Source: Octopus sinensis (lineage: Eukaryota). Taken from it: a stretch of DNA of 64,000 nucleotides. The position numbers were made by a program, and so were the translations under genes. The stretch's first letter is position 1. Each line of letters starts with the position of its first letter. Below, piece after piece: positions 12,664 through 26,768 of the stretch. The stretch is from assembly GCF_006345805.1 (NCBI RefSeq), contig NC_042997.1:75082001-75146000 (forward strand), given 5' to 3'. Below the pieces are notes generated by a model. It was given only the letters and a program-made list of their open reading frames with translations, did no database searches and was not told the origin of the DNA.

Positions 12664-14214
12664 TCTACTCATTCCAGAAAAAAAAAACTTTTAGGAATAT
12701 GGTTTTTTTTTTTCAATGAAATTTTATAGAAATACCTTTCAAACGGCATACATTTCGATTATACAGAAATTTGTGGAGAAAATTGTAGCGTAGCTCGGTG
12801 ATATATTAGAAATGATCTCATGTTAGATAGCAACCATTCTTTATCCTGTTGTACACTTCTATAAATAAAATCTATCTTTCTCTCAAGCAGTAGAACGGTT
12901 GTGTCACCTTTCTTATTCCTTTTGGCACTTATTCTTTATACCATCCTCACTGTTTGAGATATATATTAGAAATGATCTCGTGTTAGATAGCAACCATCTT
13001 TCGGCTATTTGGACCCTGTTGTATTCATTGCTCTGATTGGTTGGCATTGGCGCAGTTTGTCTCTTGACTTATTTCGCGCCAATGTGTGAACCAACCAATC
13101 AGAATCTTCCGATAAGGTCCCGTGACACTGTTTTTCTTATGCCTTGTTTGAGCCACCTAAACCCTTTAAAAAGGCTAGATCGACAGACTATTATTTGTCT
13201 TTGGTTCTAGTCCTTCTCAGGACTAACCTCTGACCACAGAGCGACTCAACCATGTTCCAACGACCCAGCCAGTCCAAGTAGCGACAGGCACCACTGCAGC
13301 AACTCAGGACTGTTCTCAACGTCGCCGTTCTCTACCGTTGCCATCACCACCGTCGACCTCAACGATACGTACACAACATTCGCCAAGGTTAACAGTCCAG
13401 AACTACCTGCAAGAATTCCTGTATCAAGTAACCCGGCACGTCATAATAGCCACAACTTCTACACGTGTAGTAACCGGTTCTGCCTCGTGACCTCAACAAC
13501 TTGTACAGGACTACAACTATTGTGTAACCTTACTACGAACTGGTAAATTAACTCCGTCTTGTCATAAATATCCTGAGAGACTCATTCTATGCTCTGTCTC
13601 ACATGCATACACCTTGTTTGTACTTCTGTCGCACACACGAACACACAGACGCAGATACACTTGTCTCATGCACTCAGATACTACACTCTGCTAGCACCCA
13701 TACACACTCTTATTGTACACATCTGTAAATAAGTCTTTGTCTCTCAAACAGTAGAACGGTTGTGTCATCTTTCTTATTCCTATTTGGCACTTATTCTTTT
13801 ATACTATGTATTATGGCTATCTTCTTTTTGTGGGACGACCGTGCGGAGTTTAAAAGGAGACATTTCTGTCACAAACTCCTTTACGTACGGTCGTTTCTCT
13901 ACAAAATCTTTTCCAAGAGGGCGGGGAAAGGACTTCGGAAAATTCACAAGATCCGAGTTTTTCCTTCGTAACTTTATATGGGTTTTTTTTTCAATGAAAT
14001 TTTATAGAAATGCCTTTCAAACGGCATACATTATGATTCTAAAGAAATTTGTGGGGAAAATCTTTTCCAAGAGGGTAGGGAGAGGACTTTGGAAAATTCA
14101 CAAGATCCGAATTTTGCAGGTCAAGATGTAGGGGTTAATGTTTAGGTTAGAAAAGGTTATTTACTGTTACATTGTATATACCCAAAACCACGACGGGTTG
14201 GAATGTATAACTAG
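12664..14214 (+). mobile_element. Possible Helitron-like non-autonomous element with internal direct repeats and a nested LTR-like insert
   Basis: A|TC at ~12663-12665. aacc-acgacg-ggtt hairpin then CTAG|T at 14211-14215. Internal duplications ~12690-12780/13975-14060 and 13903-13962/14057-14117. Confidence 0.4.
12784..13810 (+). mobile_element. LTR-like repeat with partial internal duplications
   Basis: TGT start, CCAAT boxes (13034-13105), TATA-like tttaaaa (~13165), AAATAA plus a U5-like segment present twice (~12865-12945 and ~13725-13806). No TSD found. Confidence 0.35.
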
Positions 14215-14531
14215 TAAATGGGAAAGCATGCAAGGTAAAAAGAAAAGTTAATTTCGGCCTGTATGCGTGTACATGTTCTCGTAGTAGTAACCCATAGATA
14301 AAGATAGAATCATGTTGTAAGATAAAAGAAATTAGAGCTAGTAAACGTTATAGAGTCGAGGGATGTTGTGTCTCATAACCTTTCTCCCTCTGTCCTTAAT
14401 GATCGCTGTCACTACGTTTTCACCAACTCGCTTCTCCAGTAATAGAATTCGTTGGAGGTCTGTGATATCTATTCTAGCTATTCATGAAATAGAAGAGGTT
14501 AGAACAGTCAAGTGGCGAAGACATTATTTTG

Positions 14532-15136
14532 CTGGTAGAATGTGTTTATAAAACATCATTTTCTCTTGGCTTTATTGAGAAAATTCTATAGGTTGTAACA
14601 TATTTCGTCTTTAATTCGGCATTCTGTGCATAATGAATATGTCCCTCCTTTAAGAAACAGATTGGGTTTATTTACATCTGTGAAGAAAAAAAGATACCCT
14701 TCCCCAACCCCTAACCCTAAATCTAAAATAGATTGAAATGCAATAGATCGATACTAGGGCCATAATTATGAGTGACATTTTCATTTGACACTGCTAGAAA
14801 AAATCCCATTTTCCGTAGCGGTGTCGTATGAAATTGTCACCCATAATTATAACCCTAGTATCGATCTATTGCATTTCAATCTATTTTAGATTTAGGGTGA
14901 GAGTTAGGGTTAGGGTTAGGGGTGGGAGAAGGGTATCTTTTTTCTTCACAAATGTAAATAAACCCAATCTGTTTCTTAAAGGAGGGACATATTCATTATG
15001 CACAGAATGTTATTTACCTAAATGGACGTAAGCGATTGGTTAAAATTACCGAATTAAAGACGAAATATGTTACAACCTATAGAATTTTCTTAATAAAGCC
15101 AAGAGAAAATGATGTTTTATAAACACATTCTACTAG
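14532..15136. mobile_element. Fold-back MITE with ~270-bp inverted arms and internal (TTAGGG)n
   Basis: ctggtagaatgtgtttataaaacatc... mirrors ...gatgttttataaacacattctactag. The right arm carries an extra ~40 bp near 15011-15050. Confidence 0.85.
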
Positions 15137-15470
15137 TGTACGAAGTTTAAGTGTTTAGTTAACTAGAAATTGTGTTGAAAAGCGCCGTTCAAAAGGAAAA
15201 GATCCGGTAAATCTCTTAAAATGCAAAAAGGACCTGTGGTACTTAGGAAATAAATATTTGTTTAGAAAAAAAGCACGAAAAAAAAGAAAAGGAAAAATTA
15301 TTGTAGACTACTGTAATAACCGTCCGTATTGTCAGATACAGAAATTGTTCTGCTGCTGACATCTTTATCACTTTTATATAATAACTTATACAAAACTCTC
15401 ATATGTTTATTTTGGCTATTATTTTCTAAACAGAATTTGGCCCTGTTTCAACAGTAAATATGTGTATTAG

Positions 15471-15749
15471 CACATGCTGAAACCTGATTCAGTCAAAAGA
15501 AAACTTATATATTCTGGTTTCATTGACGGATATGGAGTCGTGCGAGCATGTTACGTTTCACAAGAATTTATGAAGGAACAGCAGACATTGAAGTCGAGTT
15601 TTGTATTGGAGATCACAATGATGTTGTTCCATTTGACGGCCCAGGCAACACCTTTGCGCATGCTTTTTTTCCTAAACGATATTACTGACTTATTGAGTGG
15701 AAATGTACATTTTGATGAGATGAGAAATGGGTGTTAGGAGATAAAAATG
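15471..15749 (+). pseudogene. Matrix metalloproteinase (M10A) catalytic-domain exon, frameshifted
   Basis: Reconstructed WSRASMLRFTRIYEGTADIEVEFCIGDHNDVVPFDGPGNTFAHAFFP...LSGNVHFDE(D)EKWVLGDKNG|GTAAAT, with a phase-1 donor at 15750. Needs about three frame corrections. The 5' boundary is approximate. Confidence 0.75.
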
Positions 15750-16754
15750 GTAAATATTCCTTATCTTCAGAAATTTTTCGTATTATTCTGTTTCACGTTT
15801 ATTTTCACGGTGGAAAGTTAACACTTTGTATACTACAACAACAAGAGAGTTATACATCCGACCAAAATGTTTATCTCTCAGATAATTCACTCTATGTTGC
15901 TCAAGTAGTTTTAATTTGAATATAAAGACATGAGTTTCTCAATTTTAGAAATAAAAATACTTTCAAAACTAACTTTAAAGAAGCTAAATACAACCACAAT
16001 GTGCATGTATGTACGCATGTATACATGTATGTACGTATGTATGTGTGCATGCATGTGTGAGCATACACACAGAATTCGTTTCGAAGATAGAAAATGCACC
16101 TAGATCTTAATACAAATAGTAGTTTTAAAATTTCTTTTTTTTTTTTGCAATTTTATTAAAATCCAAACCGATTTGAAGAATTTTTTCAAAGGCCAATAAA
16201 AAATGTAAGTGAAAGCACAAAAGAAAATTGCATAGTGATAAAACATGCACAAAACGTCAAATTTTCATGAAAATTCAAGTATTCAATGGATTTCACAGCA
16301 ATGGGAAATTAAAGCCCGTTACAGCAACTTTTAATTTGCCTTTATTATTTATTATGATTTTTCTGGTTGCTTTTAAGTGAGCTGAATAAACTGTTTTCTT
16401 ATAGAATATTTAGTTTTGCTTTATAAATATATTTTCCTTATTTAATCGGAATTAGACCGTAGTGCTCCTTATGTATTGATATAGAGAGAAAGTTTGGTAT
16501 CTGGGATGTTTGTTAGGAAAAGATATAGATGTTTACTCACGGGTATTTCTCTGGTCCTTGGATCTCATATCTATTGACGGGGTATCGTCATTCTGTTCTT
16601 TGTCCCCTCTAGTTTTCATCATATCCACAGTATTTGTTGACATAAATTAAATTTCTTGTTGAACAGATGAAATGATTTTTTTATAGTGATGTTTGTCCTG
16701 ATTTAAAGCAGTTCGGCAAAAGAGACTGATAGAATAAGTACTAGGCTTACAAAG

Positions 16755-18340
16755 ACATCATTATCACACCAGCCAACAAAGAGGATGTCGTTGTATTCTG
16801 GCGAACCGACTTGAACAGGCAAGAAGCATTCCATCAACTGAACAACCCTCTATTCTACTGCAAGATACTAAACGATCTAAGCAGCCAGAAGTGTCCATCT
16901 TTCAGCTCACTTAAAACTTAATCTCATTGTCACCACATCCTGAAACTCCACCATCTACTTTGTCCCCAAAATCCCCAAATAAGACAATATCCTCCATCCT
17001 ATCATCTCCGCTTGTAACTTAGTGAAATTATCTTATCGTACCTTGAAAAAATATCATCATCTCGTTTATTCTTTAACTGCACACAGTAAAGACACCATCC
17101 ATGCCCTAAACATCTTCAACTTATGTTCTTTTCCACCTAGACATTCCTAAGTCATTTTCACCGCAATTATTAAATCACTCTACACGACATCCCCACCCAT
17201 GATGGTCTATCAGGCTTAAACACTTCCTAAACCGTTCTCCGCTACCTGTGCCCAATACTTAGCCGAGTTCGCCTTAACCTTTCATTATCTTCCTTTTTCC
17301 AGGTAATTTTACAGCAAACAAGTTTGTAGATCGCTAAGGGAATTAAGACGGGTCTCAAATATGCAAACTTCTTTGTAGGCCACATTGAAGAGCGAATCTT
17401 TGCCCAATTCACAGGACCCGTTCCAGTCGTATATTTTACAACTGTGTCAGTGTTACTCCCACCGATAACAGCTCGATAGTTTCACCAGTTTCATTGACAC
17501 TTTTAACCCCTACTAGAAACAGACCTCCACCGTTACCGATACTTCCGTTAGATTTTCTCAATTTTTCCATCTCTAAAAATAATATCCACATACAAACTTC
17601 CATCTACTATACGCCTACTGACACCCACTCTTATCTCCACAACGCTTCTTCTCACCCCAAACAGACTAAATCTCCCATACCATTTTCTGAGTTGCTTCAC
17701 TTTCCCTAGTTTGCAGCATTAGTTCGGATTTAAAATCCCACAGTGAAAAAATGCGGTAATTCTTCCAGAATCAAGTTGTAGACCCTGCACTCCTACCAGG
17801 CCATTGACTGCACCACCATTCTCCTACCCTTATTGCACACGTTCACAGACTGTATTCTACTCTCTCCCATCTTCCACCAGTTTGTTCTTCCATTGAAAGA
17901 CTAACTTCTACAACTTCTGAATTTTACTTTCTGACCCCACTACTTTCTGGCATCACCTCTTATCCTAAAAAAATACAGGAACATAGTAAACTTTCTAGCT
18001 TCACAGTACCAACCTCACTTAACCAAACACCTTTTAATTCTCTTAATGACGATATAACACCTGCCCCTACATAAAAAACAAACACTTCAACTATCATTAG
18101 TCCTAAGTTTCACTATCATATTACACAGAACTTCTGTTGCATATCATACAACCTTTTATATTATATCTGATAACTTTACACCTCCTATAATATTGGGAAA
18201 ACAAGTCAACGACTTGCTAGTCACTTTCGGGATCACATTCGGAACATACCGCTACGTATACCAGGCAATGTGTCACCCGCTACCTACTTCATCATAACAG
18301 ATCATTCCATTACTCGTTTATCATTGACCGATGTCTCCAT
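16755..18340 (+). mobile_element. Highly decayed Penelope-like element (RT plus GIY-YIG), different family from 5165-7101
   Basis: Remnants PANKEDVVVFWRTDL..EAFHQL, PKIPK..PIISAC, SSHPKQTKSPIPFSE, YNIGKTSQRLASHFRDHIRNI. Confidence 0.75.
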
Positions 18341-19008
18341 AATACCATGGGCCCACATACCCAACGAAACGGAGGAAACAATGTTTCATATTTTAATTTG
18401 ATATCATGTGTCTGATGGTTTTAATTAAAACTTTTCTTCCTATATCTCCCTTAAGTTCAGATATCTCTTATCCTTCAACCCTCTTTTTACCAAGGGCAGT
18501 GGGAACGGGGTGAAGGTGGTGTCCTTGCACCCCCTAAAATTTTGGGGAGTTCAAAATCAAAATTTGCACCCCTACATACTTTGTCTGGTTTATTAGATAG
18601 TGTCTAAAAATTGATCTATAAAAAGTTGCTTGAAGCTAGGTTTCTTCTCAGAGCAAGAACAAAGAGCAAAAATAAATAAATTTTAAAAAGTCCAGAATGT
18701 TAACTGATAAAGCTGGCCATAACATTCCCAAGGGAATTCTAGAAATATATACTACTGAACACCATCAACAACAAAATTAAACGTTTGTGTGTGTGTGTAG
18801 AAGGTTAAAATGGAACACATGAGTTGATATATATGGATAAAAAGTCAATGTAGAAAATACTAAAATAATTTTATAAAATACATTTCAGTACCATTTTCAG
18901 TCATTGAGCCTTTTCCAACTGTAAGTATGGAAAAGCAATAGTGATGCTATAGTGGTGCTAGTCAATACCCGCTGTCACTTTTGTGACCTCTATAATTTTA
19001 CCTATACG

Positions 19009-19086
<78 letters not shown>

Positions 19087-19147
19087 ACATGTGTGTGTCT
19101 GTGTGTTAAAGGTATTAAAGATGTATATATGTGTGTGTGTATATATG

Positions 19148-19199
<52 letters not shown>

Positions 19200-19644
19200 A
19201 TATATGTGCAAATATATATGTATACATACATATATGTGTGTGTGTATGTGTGTATATATATATATTCGAAAGTGTATATTCTTGTTAAATGCTCATAATA
19301 CAAGATGGTCGTTCTTTATGTTTGTCTTGTTTTCCATTGTGTCTTTCATTGTTCGAAAAAATAGTTCATATTCCATTTACTCATACTTCGTATTTTTTTT
19401 GTGTGCACATTTCGTGATACCCTGTACCCCCCCCCATATATATATATATATCATTTATATTATATGCATATATATATGTATATATATATATACATATATG
19501 TATATATATATATGTGTGTGTATATATATGTATATCTATGTATGTATGTATGTATGTATACATGTATATGTATGCATATATGTATATATATACATATATA
19601 TGTGAGTGTGTGTATACGTGTATATATGTATATATATATACACA

Positions 19645-20250
19645 TGCTAGGGAGATCTGCCTGCTTCAGAACTTCCGTGCCTGGGACTTTGTCCTGCCAG
19701 CGGATGTGAAGGAGGTTCCGAAGACATCTGAGGTGGAAGTAGTTTATCTGGCGCTCACATCCGCTGGCAGGACAAAGTCCCAAACACGGAAGTTCTGAAG
19801 CAGGCAGATCTCCCTAGCACCATCACAATCATGCGCAAGGCCCAGCTGAGATGGGCAGGCCACGTCTCCCGCATGTCCGACACTCGCATCCCAAAACAGC
19901 TCTTCTACGGTGAACTCAGCCAGGGCAAACGCAAAGTCGGAGGGCAGAAGAAGCGCTTCAAGGACATTCTCAAAGTCTCTCTCAAAGACTTCTCCATCGG
20001 CATAGAGACTTGGGAGACACTTGCTGCCGATCGCTCATCCTGGCGCAGCGCAATCACCACAGGAGCAAAGAACAGAAACGCCAGATGCGGAAAGCCACCT
20101 GCACCAATAGCACAGCCCCTACCCACTTCTGCCCCACCTGTGGGAGGGGCTTTCTTGCACGGATTGGCCTTACCAGCCACCTCCGGTCTCATAGCAGCAA
20201 TTCCACCAAATGATGTCAATGGTCATCTTCGAACCTGAAGGACGAACATT
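19645..20250 (+). mobile_element. RTE-clade LINE 3' fragment with 5' inversion
   Basis: MRKAQLRWAGHVSRMSDTRIPKQLFYGELSQGKRKVGGQKKRFKD and C-terminal CPTCGRGFLARIGLTSHLRSH. 19645-19709 is the inverted copy of 19755-19819. Confidence 0.9.
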
Positions 20251-20289
20251 ATATACACATGCATACGCACACACACACATATTGATTGA

Positions 20290-23200
20290 TAGATAGATAG
20301 ATAGATAGATAGAAAGATATGTTTCTTTATTAGCCACACAGGGGCTGAACACAGAGGGGACAAATTACAAAGTAGAGCTTTTCTTTTTGGGGAGGAAAAA
20401 AAGGGGGGGGGTATACTTTCGATAAAAAGGGATCGTCGTAAAATGAAGGAAAAAACGATCAATAGGGATCGTGTATCACAGAAATGTCATGTTGTAAAGT
20501 GTAAAGCGGGGAAACATATAAGGTTTATCTGTGTAAAGAAAAGCCTACGGAAAAGACCACAGTAACCTCGGTCAATAATGTCACATGTTAACATTTATTT
20601 GCAATTAAGTAATTCTGTTTTAAATTTTTCCGGGTTCATAGGATTATGCTCAAGGTGGCTTCGTCATTCATACGTGCCATCCTTGCTATATTCACCCATC
20701 TTATTTTGAAACATTCGCTAGACAAAACTTGCCTCCCTACTCTCACTTTCCTTTTCAAGTGATACTTAAAGAAGTTGATGAGAGATTGACCAGAGAGGAA
20801 AGTGTTTGTCTCTAATCCTTTCAGACGCGTCCACCAGATACATTCTTTCGCCATAGCCACAAGTATGATTAAAATAGCTCTTCCTTCCCGTTTGAAGGAA
20901 GGCGGCGTGACGATATTGACGATAGACTCAGCTGATAAACCGACTCGCCCCACACGTGACAGCAGTCGTTCGACATAAGCCCACAGATCAGAAATGGTTG
21001 AACACTGCACGAGTGCGTGCAAAAAGGTTTCGTCGCTCTGACCGCATCTTGGGCAGGCCGGCCCCCGTGTTTCTCAAATCATGTCTGTAGAGCTTATCCC
21101 GAACGGGTAGTGCTTCTCGATAGCACTGCCAGGCCAGAGATTTCTGGAAGTTGTCCATAGGTCCCGGTCCAAAAGTCATCTTGAACAGGCGGGTCAGGTA
21201 TTCCTTGTCGACGCCCAGGTTCGCCCCGAGATCGTCGTCGTACCTCCCCTCCACTAATCCCCTATAGAATGCTTTGGTTGTGTTGAAGTCGCTCAAGGTC
21301 GACCCGAGATGGCATAGTTGCTTGAGAGCAATGCGACACTCACGGTGCCATTCGCCCTTCCTCGGCCTCTTTTTGATCCACGACAGCAGTTCGGTCATGG
21401 AGACGAGCTGCAGGAAAGCATGCCTCACAAACGGCAACCACACCTGTTCACTGTCGTTTAATGGGTGTTGACAGCAAATGGATCGCCTGACCATCCTTTC
21501 CACACGAAGCAGAAGAGAATGCGTTCTAGTTTGGTGATGGTAGGGTCGGGACAAGGCACGACAGTCAGGCAGTAGTAGATGACGGACGCGATGTACGTAT
21601 TCGCCATCTCTGCCCGACCTTTTAGGAACAGCTTCCTCTCGGCCCATTGCCGGGCGAGAGTGACCGCCCTACTCATTATCTCATTCCAGTTCTTCTCTAT
21701 TTGGAGGTCCAGACCAAACCAGACCCCGAGCAACTCGACCGGGCCGTCGGTCCAGTGTCCCACGATGGAGGCGCTTGGTTGACGGCATGGGCTTGCTTCT
21801 CCAGGTGCCGAGCCGCAAGCCCACTGACTTTTCCCGGTCGATTTTCACTCCTGTTACCGCTTCATAGTCTTTCAGTGTCACGCTGACCAGCTCGATGTGC
21901 TTTTGGCTAGAAACTATGATGGTGACGTCATCCGCTTATGCAGGCACGCTCGTCCTGCATCCCAATTCTTGCGGGATGCCACTCAGAATCGCCAGCTTGT
22001 GCAGTAGTGGCTTGAGAATCAATACGTATAGAAGCAACAAGAGGGGACATCTCTGACGGACTGAACGTGCAATGTCGAATGGTCTCGATAGATGTCCATT
22101 TACGAAAATTACCGAACGGATGCCTCTGTATGAAGTAGCTATCCAACCGCGGAAGACGGGACCGAAACCAGCCGCTATGAGGACAGCCTCCAAGTATCGA
22201 TGGTCTACCCTATCGAAAGCTTTTGATTGATCCAAATTGATATCGGCCCCACCCATGCCTGGTTCCTTAACTACCCTGTCTATGATGTAGCGCATCAGAT
22301 GAAGGTTGTCATGTATGCTCTGGACCGGCACGGCGCACGTTTCCGCCTTGTCAACCAGTTTCTCGATGACAAGCGCCAACCTCTTGGCTCACACCTTGGC
22401 CAAAATTTTCAAGTCTGCATTGAGCAGAGTGATGGGCCTAAAGTTATTTATTACGTTCCACTTGTTTGGATCTTTCTTCAGCACCATTATGGCTCCTCGG
22501 CTCACAAAACCGGGGATGCTCATGTTTTACTGCCAAGACGTATCCAAACAAGTCTGGCATATAACTGTAAAGCTCGTAGGGTAGACCATCCAAACCCAGC
22601 GATTTGTCCCTCGAGTATTCTGCCATTGCGTCCCGCACTTCCGCTGCCGTGATGGCAGCTTCGCAGCACCCTGCCTCTCTTGTCAAGAATCGTGGCAGGC
22701 TGTGTAGGTAGGCACTGAAGTCCAGCCTGCGTTCTCGTCCGCCACTCATCCTGAACAGTCAGGCAAAATGCTGTTGAAAGGCCTCACACATTTTACTTGG
22801 CTCGAGTAATTCGCGCCCCTGTTCATCTACCAGACACCGAATGATGACTTTGTTGCCCTGTTGTGCCTCGCACCACCCCCGGCCTCTCATGCAGCTCCAA
22901 CACCTTCGTTCCTTAGAGCATGCATCCTAGCTCTGACAACACACCTTTCGTGTTTGGCATTGAAGTGTTGGTCGAGGGCCAACGCCACCGCCAAAACGTC
23001 GGATACGATGCCGCTTCTAATTGCCTCTTCTAGCTTTTTAACTAGGTCACCCTCTACTCTGTCTCTGTCTATGGCTAGTGCTTCTGCGTTTATTGCTCTC
23101 TTGAGGGCAAACTACCATTTGTTGTTGATGATGAATCCCTCTTTGCTAGCGTACTAATCCGGTCTCTGAAAACATGTCGCGATGGGAAAGACGCGTTTAG

Positions 23201-25450
23201 TTTCCAGTACCCGGGACCCTGCCTATGTGTCTTACCTAAGTCTAGCGTACATGTCACAAGTTTGTGATCCATGTAGCTGACAATATGGAATTGTGGACAC
23301 CCTACACTATCTCTATCTACTGTCCTGCACAGTATCCTATCTAGATACGATCTTGACGACCCGATGCAGTTGCTCCATGTCCACGTTGGCGCATTCGGGT
23401 GGTCGAGTCTGTCCCTGTCAGACAGTTGAAAGCGTCTGAGAAAGTCTCTGAGGCATTTGCATCCCCGTCTATTCCTATCTCTGCACACGTAGTCTACATA
23501 TGTGTCCACGGTAGCATTCTAATCTTCCACTAAATGTAAAGGACGAGACGTTCCTAGGAATACTTCTAGACATCGAGAGAAATCCAGCCGACCTGTTAAA
23601 GGCAGTGTGTAGACTGATATGAGTCGAAAAGCATACCCATTGCTGCTGTCGACATCTAGGACGACCAGTCTACCCTCTAAGTCTATGAATATTGTATTTA
23701 CTTTGAGATCCACTACCGCCCGTTCTCGGCAGACAGGGAGAAAAATAAATGTTAAACTGTCCGCCAAACATGGTCTTTAGGGCCCGCGGATTGTGGAGTC
23801 TGGTCTCACTTATGGCTATGATTTCTAACTTGTGTGACTTTATGTCATTTTGAGGTATACTTGTTTCCAAGGGGACCTCAAGCCACGCACATTCACACAA
23901 CCAATTTTGATCATAATCCTAGTGAATTAAAACACAAACGAAAGGAACAGAGGGTTAATTACTGCTTGAAAGTTTTTGCTTTCACCTCCTTTGGTTTGTC
24001 ATCAAGGAGATCCCAATAAAGTTTCTTCGAGAAGTATTTTTGGCATTTACCAACCGCACTGGGGAAAATGCCTTTTAGTGTGTGGTGTGGACTTCTGGTG
24101 ATGTGTAGTATTTGAATGTGCTTTGGTAGTGTTGTGTATGGGTGATTGTTTTTATGTCATCTTTTGTTAGGTTTGTTTTTGATTTGATGTATTCCATCAA
24201 ATCTGTGTTTTTAGTGTCTATAGCTGTGAGCATGTTTGCTGTATATATTTTTGTGGTGTTGGTGTTACTGTTTGTGGTGGGTTTCGAAATGTCTTTGGGA
24301 GATGTATATCCCCCTGCTTTGTTCCATGTTTGCGTTTGGTTTGGTTGTTTTTCTGCTCCTTTTCCTCCTTCCTTTTCTGGCTGTTTACCATTCCACGCTG
24401 GTTTCGTCCTCCGACGAAATTTCTGAGGAACCAGATGGGGGTTGTGGCATGTTGTGGGCTTCTATGATAGTTTGTGTAAGTGTTTGTGTTGCTGTTTTCG
24501 TTGATGTTGGTTGTTGTCTGTTTGTGCGTGGTGTATGTGATCTAGGGGAAGGGGTGTAAGTTTTTGTGTTTTCTTCTGGTTTTTCGATTTCTTTAGTTGT
24601 TGTTGTTGGTGTTTTTCCAGGTGTTGGTGTATGTTAATTTCTTGGCATTGGCATGTTTTGTTTGTGTGTTTCTTTTCTCGTACTCCCTTTGCTTGTCTTC
24701 TGTGTTGGTGGTGGTGTGGGTAGTAAGAGTTCTTTTTTCTTTGCACTTTTTCCTTGTTGAGGTTGTTCTTGTTCTGGTTTCTATTGTTTTTGTTGTTGTT
24801 TTTTTTGCTGTTGGGCAATCACTTCTTAGGTGTTTCTCGCTGCCAGACAAGTAACAGCGAGGCCTCCTACCTCTTACCACCAGGTAAAGTTTATTGCCAT
24901 CTGGCATCTCAATTTGGTGTGGGATTTGGTTTTGATCTACTTGCATCAATAACTGAATCATTTCCCCCGGCCAATTCTGTTGCTCTAAGGCAGCAAATTC
25001 GAGGATATTTATGACTCTACTTCTGGAGGGACATTTTTTTTTGAAATTTCGGTCACGTTGACCAAGGTAGGTCGGAATTAAAATCAGTTTTTCCGACTGT
25101 AGGGTGAGCGTCGAAAGTTCTTTCACTTTTTCTTCGCTGTCGAAGCGAACGTGTATTGTGGCATATTTGTTCCACCAATTTACATAATTTTTATATGCCC
25201 ATATCAGGCATAAACATTTTTCAATGAGTTCTGGTGGTGCTTGCTCTGGTCTGCGTGTTTTTGCCTTTAAAATTTTGTATACTATTGTTCTCTTTTGAGT
25301 GGTGTCTATGATGTTTTGTGGTATATTCAGGTGTAGATTTGAACCTTCTTGAGTTAATAGGGAGGGCTTTTGTCTGTTTTATTTGTTCTGTTGTGAAGTT
25401 CAGTATTGTCTTTTTTCGTTTTAAAGCTTGTGCAAAATTTGATTTGTTTT
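20290..25450 (-). mobile_element. Near full-length decayed Tx1/L1-clade LINE (ORF1, APE-RT-zf ORF2, AATAAA plus (TATC)n tail)
   Basis: ORF2 starts MIKIGCVNVRGL at 23914. Motifs KLEIIAISETRL, GLDGLPYELY, LDQSKAFDRVDH, SVRQRCPL, YADDVTI, CPRCGQSDE...HALVQC. ORF1 has LILIPTYLGQR and RPRCYLSGSEKHLRSDCP. Confidence 0.9.
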
Positions 25451-26282
25451 TGTTGTTGTCACTTGTGGTGGTGGTGGTGGTAGCAGAGGAGGCAGTTGTA
25501 GCAGCAGAAGTTGTTGAAGTGATAGTGTTGGTGTTGACGGCAGTCTTTCGTTGTACAGTAATATATATATTCATTATCAATGAGATTTACATGCTCCTAT
25601 CTACCTCTGGCATGTATAATGGTAAGCAAAATATACATAAGACTTTGTCTTTATATGATAAACATCAGAAAATAAATTTAGCTTTTTGGTGAATGTGTGT
25701 GAAGGCCCACTGAGAACGACTTCAAATCATAAAAAAGTTAAATAATTGGCATGATTTTCTAATGTGTTCGGTGTCTAAAGGAGTTGTCAAGCTAACATCA
25801 GCAAATATGAGTATTTGATATACATGTATATGTATATGTCATTCAAATACATTGCCACTGGATGCTCTGAGTTATTTCTTTAGCTTGGTTTTGTTTAGAT
25901 TATGCAAATTATTTATCCAAAGATGTGTTCAACTAGCTGCTGGAGATAAATCAGGGTGTTTGTCATTCTGGTGACGGCTATTGAACCAGAAACACGTGGC
26001 CACCACTGTTCTCTTATAGCCAGACAGTATACTTGTCAACTTAAATTTCCAGTATTTTCCATTCTTGAGATTTTCTTCTCTTCTCCAATGAATGGCATTT
26101 GGTAATTAAGACACATCTAGAGATGATGTTAATTCTGATAAACCAAGAATTTGTTGTGTGGTATTTAATATGCCTGTATGCATATATATTCTTTTATTAT
26201 TTTATATGTTTCAGTCCAATGACTGTGGCCATGCTGGAGAACTGCCATTGGATGCTGGAGCACACACACACACATATGTATA

Positions 26283-26650
26283 TTCTTTTATTCTTTTACT
26301 TGTTTCAGTCATTTGACTGCAGGCTTGCAAGGGCACCATCTTGAAGGATTTTAGTCGAACAAATCAACCCCAGGACTTATTTTAAGCCTAGTACTTATTC
26401 TATCAGTGTCTTATGCCGAATCGTTAAGTTATAGGGACGTAAACACACCAGCACAGTTTTCAAGCGGTGGTGGGGGCAAACACTGACACAAACACATGAC
26501 GGTCTTGTTTCAGTTTCTATCTTCCAAATCCAATCACAAGGGTTTGGTCGTCCTGAGTCTATAGTAGGAAACACTCACCCAAGATGCCAGGCAGTGGGAC
26601 TGATCCTAGAATCATGTGGTTTGGAAGTAGACTTCTTACCATACAGCTGC
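26283..26650 (-). mobile_element. SINE-like element whose 3' tail matches the local CR1 LINE tail; a second tail fragment lies at ~26206-26250
   Basis: Left end is the reverse complement of the LINE tail (tgactgaaacaagtaaaag). The body resembles an abundant cephalopod SINE (recognised from memory). Confidence 0.65.
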
Positions 26651-26682
26651 GTCTGCGCCTATACATACATACATATATATAT

Positions 26683-26768
<86 letters not shown>

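Noticed and set aside
14896-14921. Interstitial telomere (TTAGGG)n
   Set aside because: Only 3-4 units, mirrored within MITE arms.
15175-15260. Possible upstream MMP exon (KRR...KCKKDLWY, furin-site-like)
   Set aside because: Resemblance too weak to support without alignment.
25899-25995. Possible WD40-like exon (QLAAGDKSGCLSFW)
   Set aside because: Too short, weak splice signals, no supporting exons.
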